Shown: positions 16,845 to 27,281 of the stretch, piece after piece | Numbering within the stretch: position 1 is the stretch's first letter | Layout: every line of letters begins with the position of its first letter | DNA from: Clostridia bacterium | GTDB taxonomy: Bacteria; Bacillota; Clostridia; UMGS1883; UMGS1540 | Assembly (NCBI GenBank): GCA_045533905.1 | Contig: JAZSIR010000003.1 | Span: 1 to 64,000, forward strand | DNA: 64,000 nt | Direction: 5' to 3' | Notes under the pieces: generated by a model | What the model was told of the DNA's origin: nothing | Databases searched by the model: none | The model's input: the letters and a program-made list of their open reading frames with translations, nothing else | Position numbers and translations under genes: made by a program

Positions 16845-18239
16845 ATGAAAGCATTTATGGATAAAGACTTTATGCTCGAAACCAAGGTCGCAAAAAAGCT
16901 CTACCACAATTATGCGGCAAAAATGCCGATTATTGACTATCACTGTCACTTAAACCCGAAGGAAATCTGTGAGGACAGACGATTTTCTTCGATTACCGAA
17001 ATTATGCTCGGCGGTGACCATTATAAGTGGCGCGCCATGCGTTCAAACGGCATTCCCGAAGACTATATGACGGGGGATAAATCCGACTTTGAAAAGTTCG
17101 AAGCCTTTGCCAAAACGCTGAAATATGCTGTGGGTAACCCCCTTTATCACTGGACACATCTGGAGCTCCAGCGCTTCTTCGGTATCAAGGAAATTCTGAA
17201 TGAAAAGTCGGCACGTTCTATCTATGACAGAGCGAATGCGATGATTGCCTCCGCAGATTTCTCCGCACAGCGCCTTATCGAGCGCTCGAATGTAGAAATC
17301 ATCTGCACCACGGATGACCCGATTGATACGCTCGAATATCACATCAAGCTCAAAGAACAGAATAAGGTAAAGGTTCTGCCCACCTTCCGTCCCGATAAGG
17401 CGGTAAACTGCGAGCAGGAAACCTTTATTCCGTATATGAAGGACCTTGCGGCGCTTACAAATAAGGAATTTACCGACATTGATGCCCTTCTCGCCGCCCT
17501 TCGCGAAAGAATCGAATTTTTCGATAGCGTAGGCTGCCGCCTTTCGGACCATGCCCTTGCCGGCGTTCCGTATAAGAAGACGAATAAGGAAGAAGCAAAC
17601 GCCGCATTCCTCAAGGCGCTTTCGGGTGCAGAACTGACAGAGGACGAAGTAAACGCTTTCAAGACCTATATGCTCCTCTTCTTCGCCGCCGAATATCATA
17701 AGAGAGGCTGGACGATGCAGCTCCACATCGGCGCCCTTCGCAATAATAACAGCCGTATGTATAAAAAGCTCGGCCCCGACACAGGCTTTGACTCGATCGA
17801 CGATAAGAATATTGCCGCACCGCTTTCTGCACTCCTCAATGCCTGCGAAGAAAACGAAAACCTGCCGAAGACGATTCTTTACACCCTCAACCCGAAGGAT
17901 AACTACGTGCTCGGCACGATGCTCGGCAACTTCCAGTCCGCCGAAGCACCGAGCAAAATCCAGTTCGGCTCGGGCTGGTGGTTCAATGACCAGCGCGACG
18001 GTATGGAACAGCAGATGCGCGCCCTTGCAAACCTCGGTCTTCTCGGCCGCTTCGTAGGTATGCTTACCGACTCGCGCAGCTTTATGTCCTACCCGCGCCA
18101 TGAATACTTCCGCCGCATTCTCTGTAACCTCATCGGTAAATGGGTAGAAAACGGCGAGTATCCGGAAGATTATGAAGCACTCGGCGAGATTATCACCGGA
18201 ATTTGTTACCACAACGCAAAGAATTTCTTCCAATTCTAA
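16845..18239 (+). CDS. uxaC: Glucuronate (uronate) isomerase
   Basis: PIIDYHCHL, GDHYKWRAMR, GNPLYHWTHLEL, CTTDDP, GSGWWFNDQ, GMLTDSRSFMSYPRHEYFRR. Confidence 0.97.
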   Translation: MKAFMDKDFMLETKVAKKLYHNYAAKMPIIDYHCHLNPKEICEDRRFSSITEIMLGGDHYKWRAMRSNGIPEDYMTGDKSDFEKFEAFAKTLKYAVGNPLYHWTHLELQRFFGIKEILNEKSARSIYDRANAMIASADFSAQRLIERSNVEIICTTDDPIDTLEYHIKLKEQNKVKVLPTFRPDKAVNCEQETFIPYMKDLAALTNKEFTDIDALLAALRERIEFFDSVGCRLSDHALAGVPYKKTNKEEANAAFLKALSGAELTEDEVNAFKTYMLLFFAAEYHKRGWTMQLHIGALRNNNSRMYKKLGPDTGFDSIDDKNIAAPLSALLNACEENENLPKTILYTLNPKDNYVLGTMLGNFQSAEAPSKIQFGSGWWFNDQRDGMEQQMRALANLGLLGRFVGMLTDSRSFMSYPRHEYFRRILCNLIGKWVENGEYPEDYEALGEIITGICYHNAKNFFQF

Positions 18240-18247
18240 AGAATAAT

Positions 18248-18282
18248 AAAAGAGCCTGCAAGCGAGATTGCAGGCTCTTTTT
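18248..18282. terminator. Bidirectional intrinsic terminator
   Basis: AAAAGAGCCTGCAA-GCGAGA-TTGCAGGCTCTTTT. Confidence 0.85.
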
Positions 18283-18301
18283 GTTTACGATTTATGCTTT
18301 T

Positions 18302-18721
18302 TTACATTCCGTCTTCGTATGCCTGACAGCCCGCCGCACACAGCGCGAGGCATGCTGCCGTTGTCACAATGAGTGCTAAAAACGCCAGAAGTGCGCCCGA
18401 GAAGATAGCACCTAAAATACTGCCTGCGGCAAAGGTAACACCGAGAAGGATAATGGATACGAGTATCGCGCCCAAAATCCCGATCAAAAAGACAGGTAGT
18501 CCTGCACAAACACAGGCGCGCCACCCACCCCCGCGCGATGAAAGCGCGGAGAAAAGAGTCAGTGCAAGGTACACTACTGCAATCCCCAAAACGACCCACA
18601 AAAATGCAGGGGTTATGGTAATGACCGCTGTAAACTGCAAAAATGCCGTGATAATACCTACAATGAGACTTGCCACAATGGCGAGACCGGTGCAACCGGG
18701 TCTGCATCCACAGTTTGTCAT
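18302..18721 (-). CDS. Small Cys-rich four-TM membrane protein, likely sporulation-associated
   Basis: GGAGGTG RBS, ATG 18721; MTNCGCRPGC, four hydrophobic segments, CLALCAAGC. Confidence 0.7.
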   Translation of the reverse strand: MTNCGCRPGCTGLAIVASLIVGIITAFLQFTAVITITPAFLWVVLGIAVVYLALTLFSALSSRGGGWRACVCAGLPVFLIGILGAILVSIILLGVTFAAGSILGAIFSGALLAFLALIVTTAACLALCAAGCQAYEDGM

Positions 18722-18740
18722 AATCTTCACCTCCAATGAC

Positions 18741-18767
18741 AATATATGACAAACTTTCCCAAACTGT
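18741..18767 (-). promoter_or_regulatory. sigmaK-type promoter
   Basis: Minus strand gcACa, 16 nt, CATAtatT just before the RBS. Confidence 0.5.
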
Positions 18768-18825
18768 GCAGGGAATGTAAAAAAGTGCAGACCGCAAAAA
18801 GGCACAGTCGATGAAAAAGCACTTC

Positions 18826-19869
18826 CTATTTGGAAGTGCTTTTTGTTACTTTCTTTTTCAGCGAAAGATAGAAAATACAAAGCGCAGGGATGAGAACCGC
18901 CGTAATGCCAAAGCGAAGGAGAAATGCGGGAAGCGCCGCCACGATGCCGAGGCGCGAAAGGAGAAAGTCCACGGCATAGAGGCACAAAACATGGTAGAGA
19001 TAAATGTGGTAGCTTGCGCCGTCGATTTTTCGAAGGAGCGGCACCTTTTCGAAAACCGTTTCGGGCACGCGAAGGGAAACGGCGAAAAGAAATAAAATCG
19101 CATAGAGAGAATACACAAAGTGCAGTATGTTCATATACGGCACCGCTGCGCCCGCGCCAAAGGCCAAAAAGCTTGCATACCCCGTAAAGAGGAAAATGAC
19201 GCCAAAGAGAATGGAGAGCGCGGTGAAATTTTTCCGCAGAATCTCACAAAACGCATCATACAATTTGCCGATGTAAAGCCCGATAACGAAAAAGGCAAGG
19301 TACGAAGTGAAAACGCGGTCGTTATACATAAACGATATGCCAAACGCGGTGGAAAGCATATTGGGGAGAAAGCTTTCGAAAAGAGAGGAAAGGATAAGCG
19401 CTGCCGGCACGACGAGCGCGGGTGATACTCGCAGCATGCGCTTCCAAAGCGGCAAGAGAAGGTCAAACTGAAAAAGCACGGGGATGAAATACAGGTGATA
19501 GCAAAGACTTCCGAGTACGAAATGCTTTGCGATAAAGGCAGGCGAAAGCGGATAGCCGTAAAACAGGAAAAACGCCAGAAAATATAGGCAAAATGCTACG
19601 ACGTACGGCAGGAGAATACCGCGCACACGCCCCTTTAGATATGTGCCGTATGGGAGAGCATCCTTCCCCGTGAGCGTAAGCTTTACGCCCGCAAGAAGCA
19701 AAAAGCCGGGCACCACGAAAGACGTAAGCCGCCACGCCAAAATTACGAGCGCCTCGCGGAAAGACCCGGGCGGAAAAGCACCCACGGCATAGGAGATGGT
19801 GTGGATAAATATCACCAGAAAGCAAAAGAGAATATTCAGAAGGGAAAGCTCGCTTTTTCTTTTTCGCAT
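18826..19869 (-). CDS. Acyltransferase-3 (OafA-like) membrane O-acyltransferase
   Basis: LVIFIH, FVVPGFLLLAG, ILLPY, YHLYFI..FQF, SYHIYLYH. Confidence 0.88.
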   Translation of the reverse strand: MRKRKSELSLLNILFCFLVIFIHTISYAVGAFPPGSFREALVILAWRLTSFVVPGFLLLAGVKLTLTGKDALPYGTYLKGRVRGILLPYVVAFCLYFLAFFLFYGYPLSPAFIAKHFVLGSLCYHLYFIPVLFQFDLLLPLWKRMLRVSPALVVPAALILSSLFESFLPNMLSTAFGISFMYNDRVFTSYLAFFVIGLYIGKLYDAFCEILRKNFTALSILFGVIFLFTGYASFLAFGAGAAVPYMNILHFVYSLYAILFLFAVSLRVPETVFEKVPLLRKIDGASYHIYLYHVLCLYAVDFLLSRLGIVAALPAFLLRFGITAVLIPALCIFYLSLKKKVTKSTSK

Positions 19870-19887
19870 ATCTGTCCGTCCTTTCTT

Positions 19888-22467
19888 TTAGTAGAGCGTG
19901 CAAAAGGAGAAGGTAGGTGTTTTGCCGAGGGAGAAGGTGAGAATCTTCCTCGCCCTGATCGCATCCGCCCCTATCGCTTCTTCGGGCGAAGCGCCGAGCG
20001 AGAGGTACCAGACGCCGCCGATGTTTTTCGCGGCGTTTTCCTCTCCGCGCGAGACTACGAACACATTCCGGGGAAGAGAAGCGAGAAAATCTTTTACTAC
20101 GCGGTCCTCAAAGGCATCCTGCCCGAAAACGGAAGAGGAGGTGAGAAGGAAAATATTCTGCTTCTTCGTTTCGGAAATGGCCGCGGAAAGCTTTTCCCAC
20201 GCGCTGCTGTCGGTGGCGCGGATGCTGCCCTTTTCCGTGTTCAGCGTGATATAGAGGGCATCGCCCGCTTCCTGCGCTGAGAAAATCATATCGGAATGGA
20301 GTGCGGCACTCTTTGGAAAATCCCCGAGCACCTTTTCCGTTTTGTCATTCATAAGCCCCGCGAAAAGGGAATCGCCGCGCACGAAGGCACCTACGGCAAA
20401 GTCGGCATCTTTTTCCGCTTCTATCCGATATTCGTTTTGCGGAAGTGCGGGGAAGCTGTGCGGCATATCGACCGTGTAGGAGAGGCTCTCAAAGAAAATT
20501 TCCCCTTCTTCCTTTTCTTCGGAAGGCACAACACAAAGCCCCGTGAGGGAAAGCGGGCGTGCCGCTTCTTTGGGAAGCGTGGCGATGAGGGCAGAAGTCT
20601 CGCCCTTTTTCACCTCGCCCACAAAGGGCACGAAAACGGCGTTGCCGTTTTTATCTGAAAGCGCAAGGCTTACCGCGTGCGGAAAATCTTCGTTTGTAAA
20701 AACCTCTGCCGAAACCGTGTCGCAGGTATCGGAAACTGTACTCTTTTCGGCAAGGGTAAAGGTGGCCGTATCTTCATTTTCAAAGGTGTAGCACAATTTG
20801 CCGCCGCGCTCGTCCGAGAAGGCAAGCGGCAGCGAAACGGCTTCTTCGCGCGTGCCTACCGCCACCGCGGCGTAGCTTTTTGCATCCCCGAAGGACACAG
20901 ATAAAATGGCGGTGCCGGCCTCGCCTGCGGTGATTTTTTCGCCGTCCCAGAAGGCCACGGCGGGGTTTGACGAGGTAATGGTGAAGGCCGAAATGTCCCC
21001 GCAAGGCACATAGTGCCCTGCCGCATCATACACGGAAACCGGAAGGTCGGCCGTCTGTCCGCATTCGAGGCGGATATGCGAAGGAATTTCAATGCCTTGT
21101 ATCTCGTCCACTACAAAAATTTCAATTTCCTCGCGCACGCTGTCAAGGCGCGCCTCCACGGTGCACACGCCGCCGCGCGTGGGCGTGAAAATATCGCCCG
21201 CAAGGGTGCCGCCGCGCGCTGAAAGTGTTATTTTTTCCTGCAAGGGGCGCATATTGGTGTCATAGGTGGCGGCGGAAATCCGCACGCTGTCACCGAGAAA
21301 AACAGTCGGGGTCTCGCTTTCGAGAAGGATGCCGGCAGGCTTTCCGGCCTTTCCGTTATAGGTTAGCCCTACGGCGTTTATAACGGGGCGATTTTCCGTG
21401 GGAGAATGCACCGCGTGCATACTTTCGTCCCAAACGGTGGAGGCAAGCATACGTGTGGAGCCGCCGCCGTCAAGGTTTACCGCAGTAAAGCATCCGAGCG
21501 ACTGCATAAGGCGAGCAAGCTCTTCCATTGTAAGGCCGCGGCTACTCTTTTGCCGCCCGTCCACCGCCACAAGGTAGAGAATTTTCCCGCTTTCGTCGGT
21601 GCCGATGGCGCTTCTCGGGTTATACCCATCCACGGTGTGCGAAAAGGTGGTGAGCGCCTTCCCGTTTTCCACAAGAATCGCACCGCCTCCAAAGGCCGCG
21701 TCCGCGTCCTTTACATCGGGGGTAATATAATAGTCAAAGCGGATGGGGTCGCCCACCGCAAAATTATTGGCAAAGAACATATTTACGCCTTCCGAAACCA
21801 CAAGTACGCAACCGTTTTCGGGGATTTCGACAGGCGGGAGATTCCGGCGGAATTCGCGGATTTTGCCGTCCTCCACCACAACCTCGAGCACCTCGCCGCC
21901 CGGCGCGGGGGAAAGACTGCCGAAGGCAGGCGTGTAGAGAAGAATATCGCCGAAGTAGGCCGTGTGCTTATTCATATGGCGCACCTCGCAGTACTCGCCG
22001 TTCGGCGCTACGGCCATCAGGTGAAAATCGAGATATGACATGGAGAGAATATCGTCCATATAGGAAACTGTCGCCATCGTGGTGGGGTTTATGGGCGAGG
22101 ATAAAAGTTCCCCGTCCCGGACCTCAATACCGAGAGAAAGCGCCTTGTTGCCCTTGTGGAGGGAGAAAAAGTCGCCATTCATAGCGGCCACAACATTTTC
22201 TTCCGTTTTGGCGAGATTCGAAACCGTGTCCAGCGTATCCACGCCCGCCTCGCTTTTCAGAAGGCGGAGCGAGGTGTTTTTGTCGGAAAGATCGGCACGG
22301 ATGACGGAGTAGGCAATATTCCGCCCTGCATAAAAAGATTCCACACGGCGAAGAGAGATGCTCTTTGCAATCGGGATTTCTTCTTCATAGGTATAAATCG
22401 CCTCGGCACCGGCGGAAAGACCGGTGAGAAGCGTAAGAAGCAGTATAAGAGAAAAAAATCGTTTCAT
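19888..22467 (-). CDS. Secreted phosphodiester glycosidase (NAGPA-domain) protein with Ig-like and C-terminal accessory domains
   Basis: Signal peptide; VAAMNGDFF, NPRSAIG, VDGRQ..SRG, AVNLDGGGST. Confidence 0.85.
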   Translation of the reverse strand: MKRFFSLILLLTLLTGLSAGAEAIYTYEEEIPIAKSISLRRVESFYAGRNIAYSVIRADLSDKNTSLRLLKSEAGVDTLDTVSNLAKTEENVVAAMNGDFFSLHKGNKALSLGIEVRDGELLSSPINPTTMATVSYMDDILSMSYLDFHLMAVAPNGEYCEVRHMNKHTAYFGDILLYTPAFGSLSPAPGGEVLEVVVEDGKIREFRRNLPPVEIPENGCVLVVSEGVNMFFANNFAVGDPIRFDYYITPDVKDADAAFGGGAILVENGKALTTFSHTVDGYNPRSAIGTDESGKILYLVAVDGRQKSSRGLTMEELARLMQSLGCFTAVNLDGGGSTRMLASTVWDESMHAVHSPTENRPVINAVGLTYNGKAGKPAGILLESETPTVFLGDSVRISAATYDTNMRPLQEKITLSARGGTLAGDIFTPTRGGVCTVEARLDSVREEIEIFVVDEIQGIEIPSHIRLECGQTADLPVSVYDAAGHYVPCGDISAFTITSSNPAVAFWDGEKITAGEAGTAILSVSFGDAKSYAAVAVGTREEAVSLPLAFSDERGGKLCYTFENEDTATFTLAEKSTVSDTCDTVSAEVFTNEDFPHAVSLALSDKNGNAVFVPFVGEVKKGETSALIATLPKEAARPLSLTGLCVVPSEEKEEGEIFFESLSYTVDMPHSFPALPQNEYRIEAEKDADFAVGAFVRGDSLFAGLMNDKTEKVLGDFPKSAALHSDMIFSAQEAGDALYITLNTEKGSIRATDSSAWEKLSAAISETKKQNIFLLTSSSVFGQDAFEDRVVKDFLASLPRNVFVVSRGEENAAKNIGGVWYLSLGASPEEAIGADAIRARKILTFSLGKTPTFSFCTLY

Positions 22468-22471
22468 AGTT

Positions 22472-23500
22472 TTATCCTTTCATATGGGGAAACGCCGCCG
22501 TAATCTGCGCGCGGAGCCGCGCTTTTTTCTCGTCTGTGCAAAAAGCGGCCTCGGCGCCCGAGTGAAGAATGTGGAGAATTTCCGCATCCGTCAGGCGGAA
22601 GGTGTCGGTCAGAAGCGCCCACTCGCGCGCGAGCGTGGTGGAGGAGACGGCGGTGTTGTCGGTACAGACCGAAAACGAAACGCCCGCATCTAAAAATGTG
22701 CGGATGGGGAAATCGGAAAGCGAGGGGAACACCCTTGTCTGGAGATTACTTGTGGGGCAAACTTCCAGACACGTGCCGCGCGCGGCCAGCATTTCTAAAA
22801 GTGCAGGGTCCTCCGCACTTCGAACGCCGTGCCCGATTCTTGCGGCACCAAAAGAAAGCGCCGTGCGCACGCTTTCGGGCCCGTCTGCTTCCCCTGCATG
22901 CAGGGTGAAGGGCACGGATAGCCGCCGTGCTTCTTCGAAAATATCGGCAAAATCGCGCGTGGGGTACAGGCCTTCCGCACCTGCAAGGTCGCAGGCAACG
23001 ACGCCTTTTTCCAGAAATTCCGCCGCCGTGCGCACCGTTTTAAGATTTGCCTCTTTTGTATCCTCTCCGCGCATACAGCAAAGGATGAGACTGCCGTGGC
23101 ATTTTTGCCCCGAAAGACCTTCAATAGCGGCACGGATCACTTCTTTTTGCGAGAGGCCGCCCTCTGTATGCTTCGCGGGTGCAAAGCGGATTTCCGCGTA
23201 GCCTACGCCTGCTTCCCAGAGCTCGGAAAGAAGCGCGGAAACGGCCAAAGAAAGTGCTTTCCCCGTTTGCAAAAGCATAGCGGGGAAAGAAAACTTTTCA
23301 AGATACATATTCAAATCGCGGCAATCGTGCGAGGCGGAAAGAAGTGCGCAAAGTGCCGCCTCTTCTTCGGGTACCGCTATATTCTGCATATCGGCGAGCG
23401 CCCGCGCCGTGCGCGGCGAAAGCGACCCGTCAAGATGGATGTGCAAATCGAAAAGCGCGTGTGTCGCAGCTAAAGCTGCCGCCTTTTCTGAGCCTTTCAT
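22472..23500 (-). CDS. add: Adenosine deaminase
   Basis: DLHIHLDGS, YAEIRFAP, DLAGAE, TLHAGE, RIGHG, EVCPTSN, TDN. Confidence 0.92.
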   Translation of the reverse strand: MKGSEKAAALAATHALFDLHIHLDGSLSPRTARALADMQNIAVPEEEAALCALLSASHDCRDLNMYLEKFSFPAMLLQTGKALSLAVSALLSELWEAGVGYAEIRFAPAKHTEGGLSQKEVIRAAIEGLSGQKCHGSLILCCMRGEDTKEANLKTVRTAAEFLEKGVVACDLAGAEGLYPTRDFADIFEEARRLSVPFTLHAGEADGPESVRTALSFGAARIGHGVRSAEDPALLEMLAARGTCLEVCPTSNLQTRVFPSLSDFPIRTFLDAGVSFSVCTDNTAVSSTTLAREWALLTDTFRLTDAEILHILHSGAEAAFCTDEKKARLRAQITAAFPHMKG

Positions 23501-26500
23501 TTTGAAAACCTCTCTTTAGAAGGAATATCGCTGATAATGCGGTGGAAGCCTTCGAAAACGGTCATCCCGCCTTTTTGCGATACACATTTACCGGTGCATC
23601 GCACGAGGATTTCGCCGCGGTCGGGATGTATCCAGGCGTAATCGGCCTGATGCACCGTATCGCTTGTGGCCATACCGGAAACCATGGCATTTACGGCATC
23701 TTCCTCCCCCGGTTTTATGCGGTCGAACCAGAAATCGTAACATTCCGAAGGCAAAATGCTGGCCCCGACGCCAAGAAGCATACGCATCTTGGCATCGGCA
23801 AAGAGCTCTTTCTTTTCGCCGTCCTCACTGATGCGGATTACCCAGAGGCCGATATGAATCTGCGAAAGAATTTCCTTGGCATTGAGGCGGACGATGTGCA
23901 TTTTCTCGCGTTGCGCCTGCATATCCGCCGCAAAGCCCAGCTGCGCCTTATAGGCGGCAGAATCCGTTTCAATGAACATCTGTCGGAATTCTTCCGCCGT
24001 TACGGGGCGGCCGAAGAGGTAGCCCTGCAGCGTGTCGGGATGCAGCGACTCCAAAATCGCAAGCTCGCTTGCATTTTCCACACCTTCCAGGCACACACGG
24101 AACTGGTTTGCTTTGGCAAATTCCAGAATGTTATTTACCACCTGGTAGTTATAGGAGTTCGTTTCAATATCTCGAATAAACACGCGGTCAATCTTGATTT
24201 CGTCGGCGTGCAGCATTTTCAGATACTGGAGGTTCGAGTAGCCCGTGCCGAAATCGTCAATGGCAATCTGAATGCCGGCCGCCTGAAAACGGTGGAAAAT
24301 CCCGGCGTAGGCGTCGGATTCTTCCATCTGCACACTCTCCGTAATTTCAATGGTGAGTGCACTGCCGGGAAGGTCGTGCTTCCGAAGGGCTTCCAGAACC
24401 TTCTCCGCAACCCCTGTGCGGCGAAGCTGCACGGTGGAGAAGTTTACGGAGATATGGAAGTCGGGATGTACCTCGCGCCAGGCCTTGCACGCGGCGAGCG
24501 CCGTGTCAAGCACAAAAAGACCGACTTTATGGATAAGACCGCTTCTCTCGAGAATCGGAATAAAGGCATCGGGGAACACGTTGCCCTTTGTAGGCGAGGT
24601 AAAGCGAAGGAGCGCCTCGGCCGACAGAACGCGGTAGTCTGTTGCGCGCACCTGCGGCTGGAAGTGCACGGAGAAGCCTTCGCAATTCTTCTTTATGCTT
24701 TCTTCGATTTCTTCGAAAAGCTCCACGGAGGCCATACGGTTGATAAGGTCCTTCTCGTGGAAGAAGGAAAGGGACCCGTCGCCGCCTTCTTTTTCGGCAA
24801 GAAGCTGGCGGGCATAGTCAAAAAGCGTATCCTGTTCAAAATGGAAGCTTGGGTCATTTGGTATGGTGGCGGCGGAAATGGTGCACTTATCCGCAACCTC
24901 GGCGCTGATGGCGCGGAAGATTTCCCGCACGCCTTCTTCATCCTTGGCATCCAGAAGCAGCGCAAAACGGTCCTGCTCCATATGGTACACACGTGAGAGC
25001 GGGAAGCGGGCTTCGAGCTTTCCTGCAAGGAAGCAAAGGAGCTCATCACCGTATTTTCTGCCGTATTTGATGTTCGTTTCCGTAAGATTATCCACATCCA
25101 GAAGCATAAGATATGTGATATCGCGGAGAACACCCTTGTCGATGTTTTCGTTCAGCCTTTCCTTGTTGAAAAGACCGGTTAAAGGGTTATAGTAGGGACG
25201 GAGCGAGCTTGTGGAAACGCGTCCGATCATCGCAAGCGGAGCACCGCTGTCATCGGCAATTACCTTGCCACGCCCGTTTACCCATACGGCTTCGCCATCC
25301 CGGTTGATCCAGCGGAAGTCAAGGTCATGCTCATCTTTTTCGCCGCTTGTGATGGAGAGAATATCGGCGGAGAAGGCCGCACGGTCGTTGGCATATACAA
25401 AACCCAGAAGATCCTGAAGCGAAACGGCATCCTCACCTTCGCGCCGAATGGCGAACTGCGATTCGATATCGCCGAAGAAGTGCGTTCTTTCGCTCTCCAT
25501 TTCCATCAGGAACAGATAGGCCTCTGTGCTTCGGCTGAGTACATTCAAAAATTCAAGATACTTTTCAATCTGCAGCTGGCGCACGCCTTTCGCCTCGCCT
25601 GCCCAAGCCTCGTTGTGGCGCTTGGTTGCGGATTTGTTTTTATACATAGCCTGGTCCGCCCGTGCGCGCACATCCGCGAAGGAACGGTCCAGATTTTCAT
25701 CATAGGCAGCAGCGCCCATAGCACAGGAAACATAAATGTCGGGATAGCCTTCGAGCGTCAGCTTTTCCATCGTGCGGATGCCTTCGGCGAGCTTTTCTTC
25801 ATACCCTTCAAATTTCTCGCCGCGGAACAAGACGGCAAATTCGTCGCCGCCGAAGCGGAATACGCTTTCTGCACCGAATGTTTCGGAAAGATGCGAGGAT
25901 ACCGTGCGGAGAAGCACATCCCCCATCATATGGCCGAGGATGTCGTTTGTAACTTTAAGACGGTTTACGTCTAAAATCGCAATCGCAAACGGCTCGGGCG
26001 CGGTTTCAAGTGCAGCGTTGATTTCCGTCTCTGCAATCGAGAGCGCCGTGGCGTTCTGAATCCCCGTAAGCCCGTCGTGATGCGCTTTGGAATAGAGGAT
26101 GTCCATCCGCTCTTTCAGCTGGTCACGCGCGGCTTTAAGGGTTTCCGTAAGGGCACCTACCTCGTCGCGCGTGGTGGGCACAAGCTCAACATCGAGATTC
26201 CCTTTCTGCATTTCGAGTGCGGCCTTATGGAGGGCCTTAATCGGTTTCGTAAGGCGGCTTGTGAAGGAAATACCGATAACGGTTGCGCCAAACACACTCA
26301 CAATGATAATCGTGAGAAGATTATTCGTCAGTGCATTCTGCCCGTAGTAAATCTGACTGTCGGGCGCGATGATGCAAAGGCGCATACCGTTGCGAAGCGT
26401 GGTAAACGCCATCTTGCGGTTTTCGCCGTCGATACGGTAGGAAAGAAGCGGGGCACCGCGATGGCCATCAATACGGAGGGAAATATCGTCTTCATCATCT

Positions 26501-27243
26501 GTGCGGATGGTTTCGCCGTAGGCATAGCGCGGGTGATACACAACCTTTCCCGCGGCGCTTAAAATGGAAGCAAAGCCCGTTTCATACGCTTCGATGCTGT
26601 TTGCTGCCGATGCTAAAAACTCGCAGGGGACATCTGCACCCACAACGCCGAGAAGCGTGCCGTTTACATACATCGGTACCACATAGGAGACAATATAAAA
26701 GTCGAGCGTTTTCGAGAAATAGGCATCGAGCCACATAGCCTTTCTGCTTGTCACCGGGATAGACCACCACGGAATATTTTCGGTATCCCCCTCGGGATAA
26801 AGAGAAATATCGGTAAGCGGTTTCTCAGAAAGCGCCGTCTTCTCTTCGTCGGAAAGCCAGAAGAAGCCGGCCGGCTCTCCGGTAAGCGCGGGGTTTAAGA
26901 AGAAATACATACTCGTCGCACCCACGGTGCTTGCAAGATGGTTTGTACCGTTTTTTTCAACTTTTGCAATATAGCTTTCGAGGGAGGCGCTGTCCGAGAG
27001 GACAGAAAAATCCGTAAGCGCATCGTGCGCATAGTGCGAAAGCGTGACAACCGACTCCTCCACAAGGCGGAGCGTACTGTCAAGCCTTTCACGGTTTGCC
27101 TCCGATACAAGCGTCATATTTTCCTCTGCCTTTTGGTGCAGCGTTTTGGAAATTTCTGCGGTACTCATAATGGCGATAACAAAGGATGTGAAAACTATAC
27201 TGAGAAGGAGCAGAGCGATAATTTTGGTCCGGATGGAGTTCAC
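23497..27243 (-). CDS. Membrane c-di-GMP enzyme: Cache-HAMP-GGDEF-PAS-degenerate GGDEF-EAL-PAS-like
   Basis: Two TMs flank a Cache-like sensor; HAMP RDEVGAL; FRFGGDEF; second GGDEF degenerate (MEQDRF); AEALLR, IEITE, DDFGTGYSNL, IKIDR, EGVE, QGYLF. GTG start after AGGAG. Confidence 0.9.
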   Translation of the reverse strand: MNSIRTKIIALLLLSIVFTSFVIAIMSTAEISKTLHQKAEENMTLVSEANRERLDSTLRLVEESVVTLSHYAHDALTDFSVLSDSASLESYIAKVEKNGTNHLASTVGATSMYFFLNPALTGEPAGFFWLSDEEKTALSEKPLTDISLYPEGDTENIPWWSIPVTSRKAMWLDAYFSKTLDFYIVSYVVPMYVNGTLLGVVGADVPCEFLASAANSIEAYETGFASILSAAGKVVYHPRYAYGETIRTDDEDDISLRIDGHRGAPLLSYRIDGENRKMAFTTLRNGMRLCIIAPDSQIYYGQNALTNNLLTIIIVSVFGATVIGISFTSRLTKPIKALHKAALEMQKGNLDVELVPTTRDEVGALTETLKAARDQLKERMDILYSKAHHDGLTGIQNATALSIAETEINAALETAPEPFAIAILDVNRLKVTNDILGHMMGDVLLRTVSSHLSETFGAESVFRFGGDEFAVLFRGEKFEGYEEKLAEGIRTMEKLTLEGYPDIYVSCAMGAAAYDENLDRSFADVRARADQAMYKNKSATKRHNEAWAGEAKGVRQLQIEKYLEFLNVLSRSTEAYLFLMEMESERTHFFGDIESQFAIRREGEDAVSLQDLLGFVYANDRAAFSADILSITSGEKDEHDLDFRWINRDGEAVWVNGRGKVIADDSGAPLAMIGRVSTSSLRPYYNPLTGLFNKERLNENIDKGVLRDITYLMLLDVDNLTETNIKYGRKYGDELLCFLAGKLEARFPLSRVYHMEQDRFALLLDAKDEEGVREIFRAISAEVADKCTISAATIPNDPSFHFEQDTLFDYARQLLAEKEGGDGSLSFFHEKDLINRMASVELFEEIEESIKKNCEGFSVHFQPQVRATDYRVLSAEALLRFTSPTKGNVFPDAFIPILERSGLIHKVGLFVLDTALAACKAWREVHPDFHISVNFSTVQLRRTGVAEKVLEALRKHDLPGSALTIEITESVQMEESDAYAGIFHRFQAAGIQIAIDDFGTGYSNLQYLKMLHADEIKIDRVFIRDIETNSYNYQVVNNILEFAKANQFRVCLEGVENASELAILESLHPDTLQGYLFGRPVTAEEFRQMFIETDSAAYKAQLGFAADMQAQREKMHIVRLNAKEILSQIHIGLWVIRISEDGEKKELFADAKMRMLLGVGASILPSECYDFWFDRIKPGEEDAVNAMVSGMATSDTVHQADYAWIHPDRGEILVRCTGKCVSQKGGMTVFEGFHRIISDIPSKERFSK

Positions 27244-27281
27244 GGCAATCTCTCCTATGAATATAAGTAAGTATTTTTTTC

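Noticed and set aside
17043-18233. 396-aa antisense ORF over uxaC, and similar long antisense ORFs (23542-24996, 30247-31827, 41666-42610, 47247-48200, 12156-13265)
   Set aside because: Shadows of well-supported genes caused by codon bias; no motifs or RBS.
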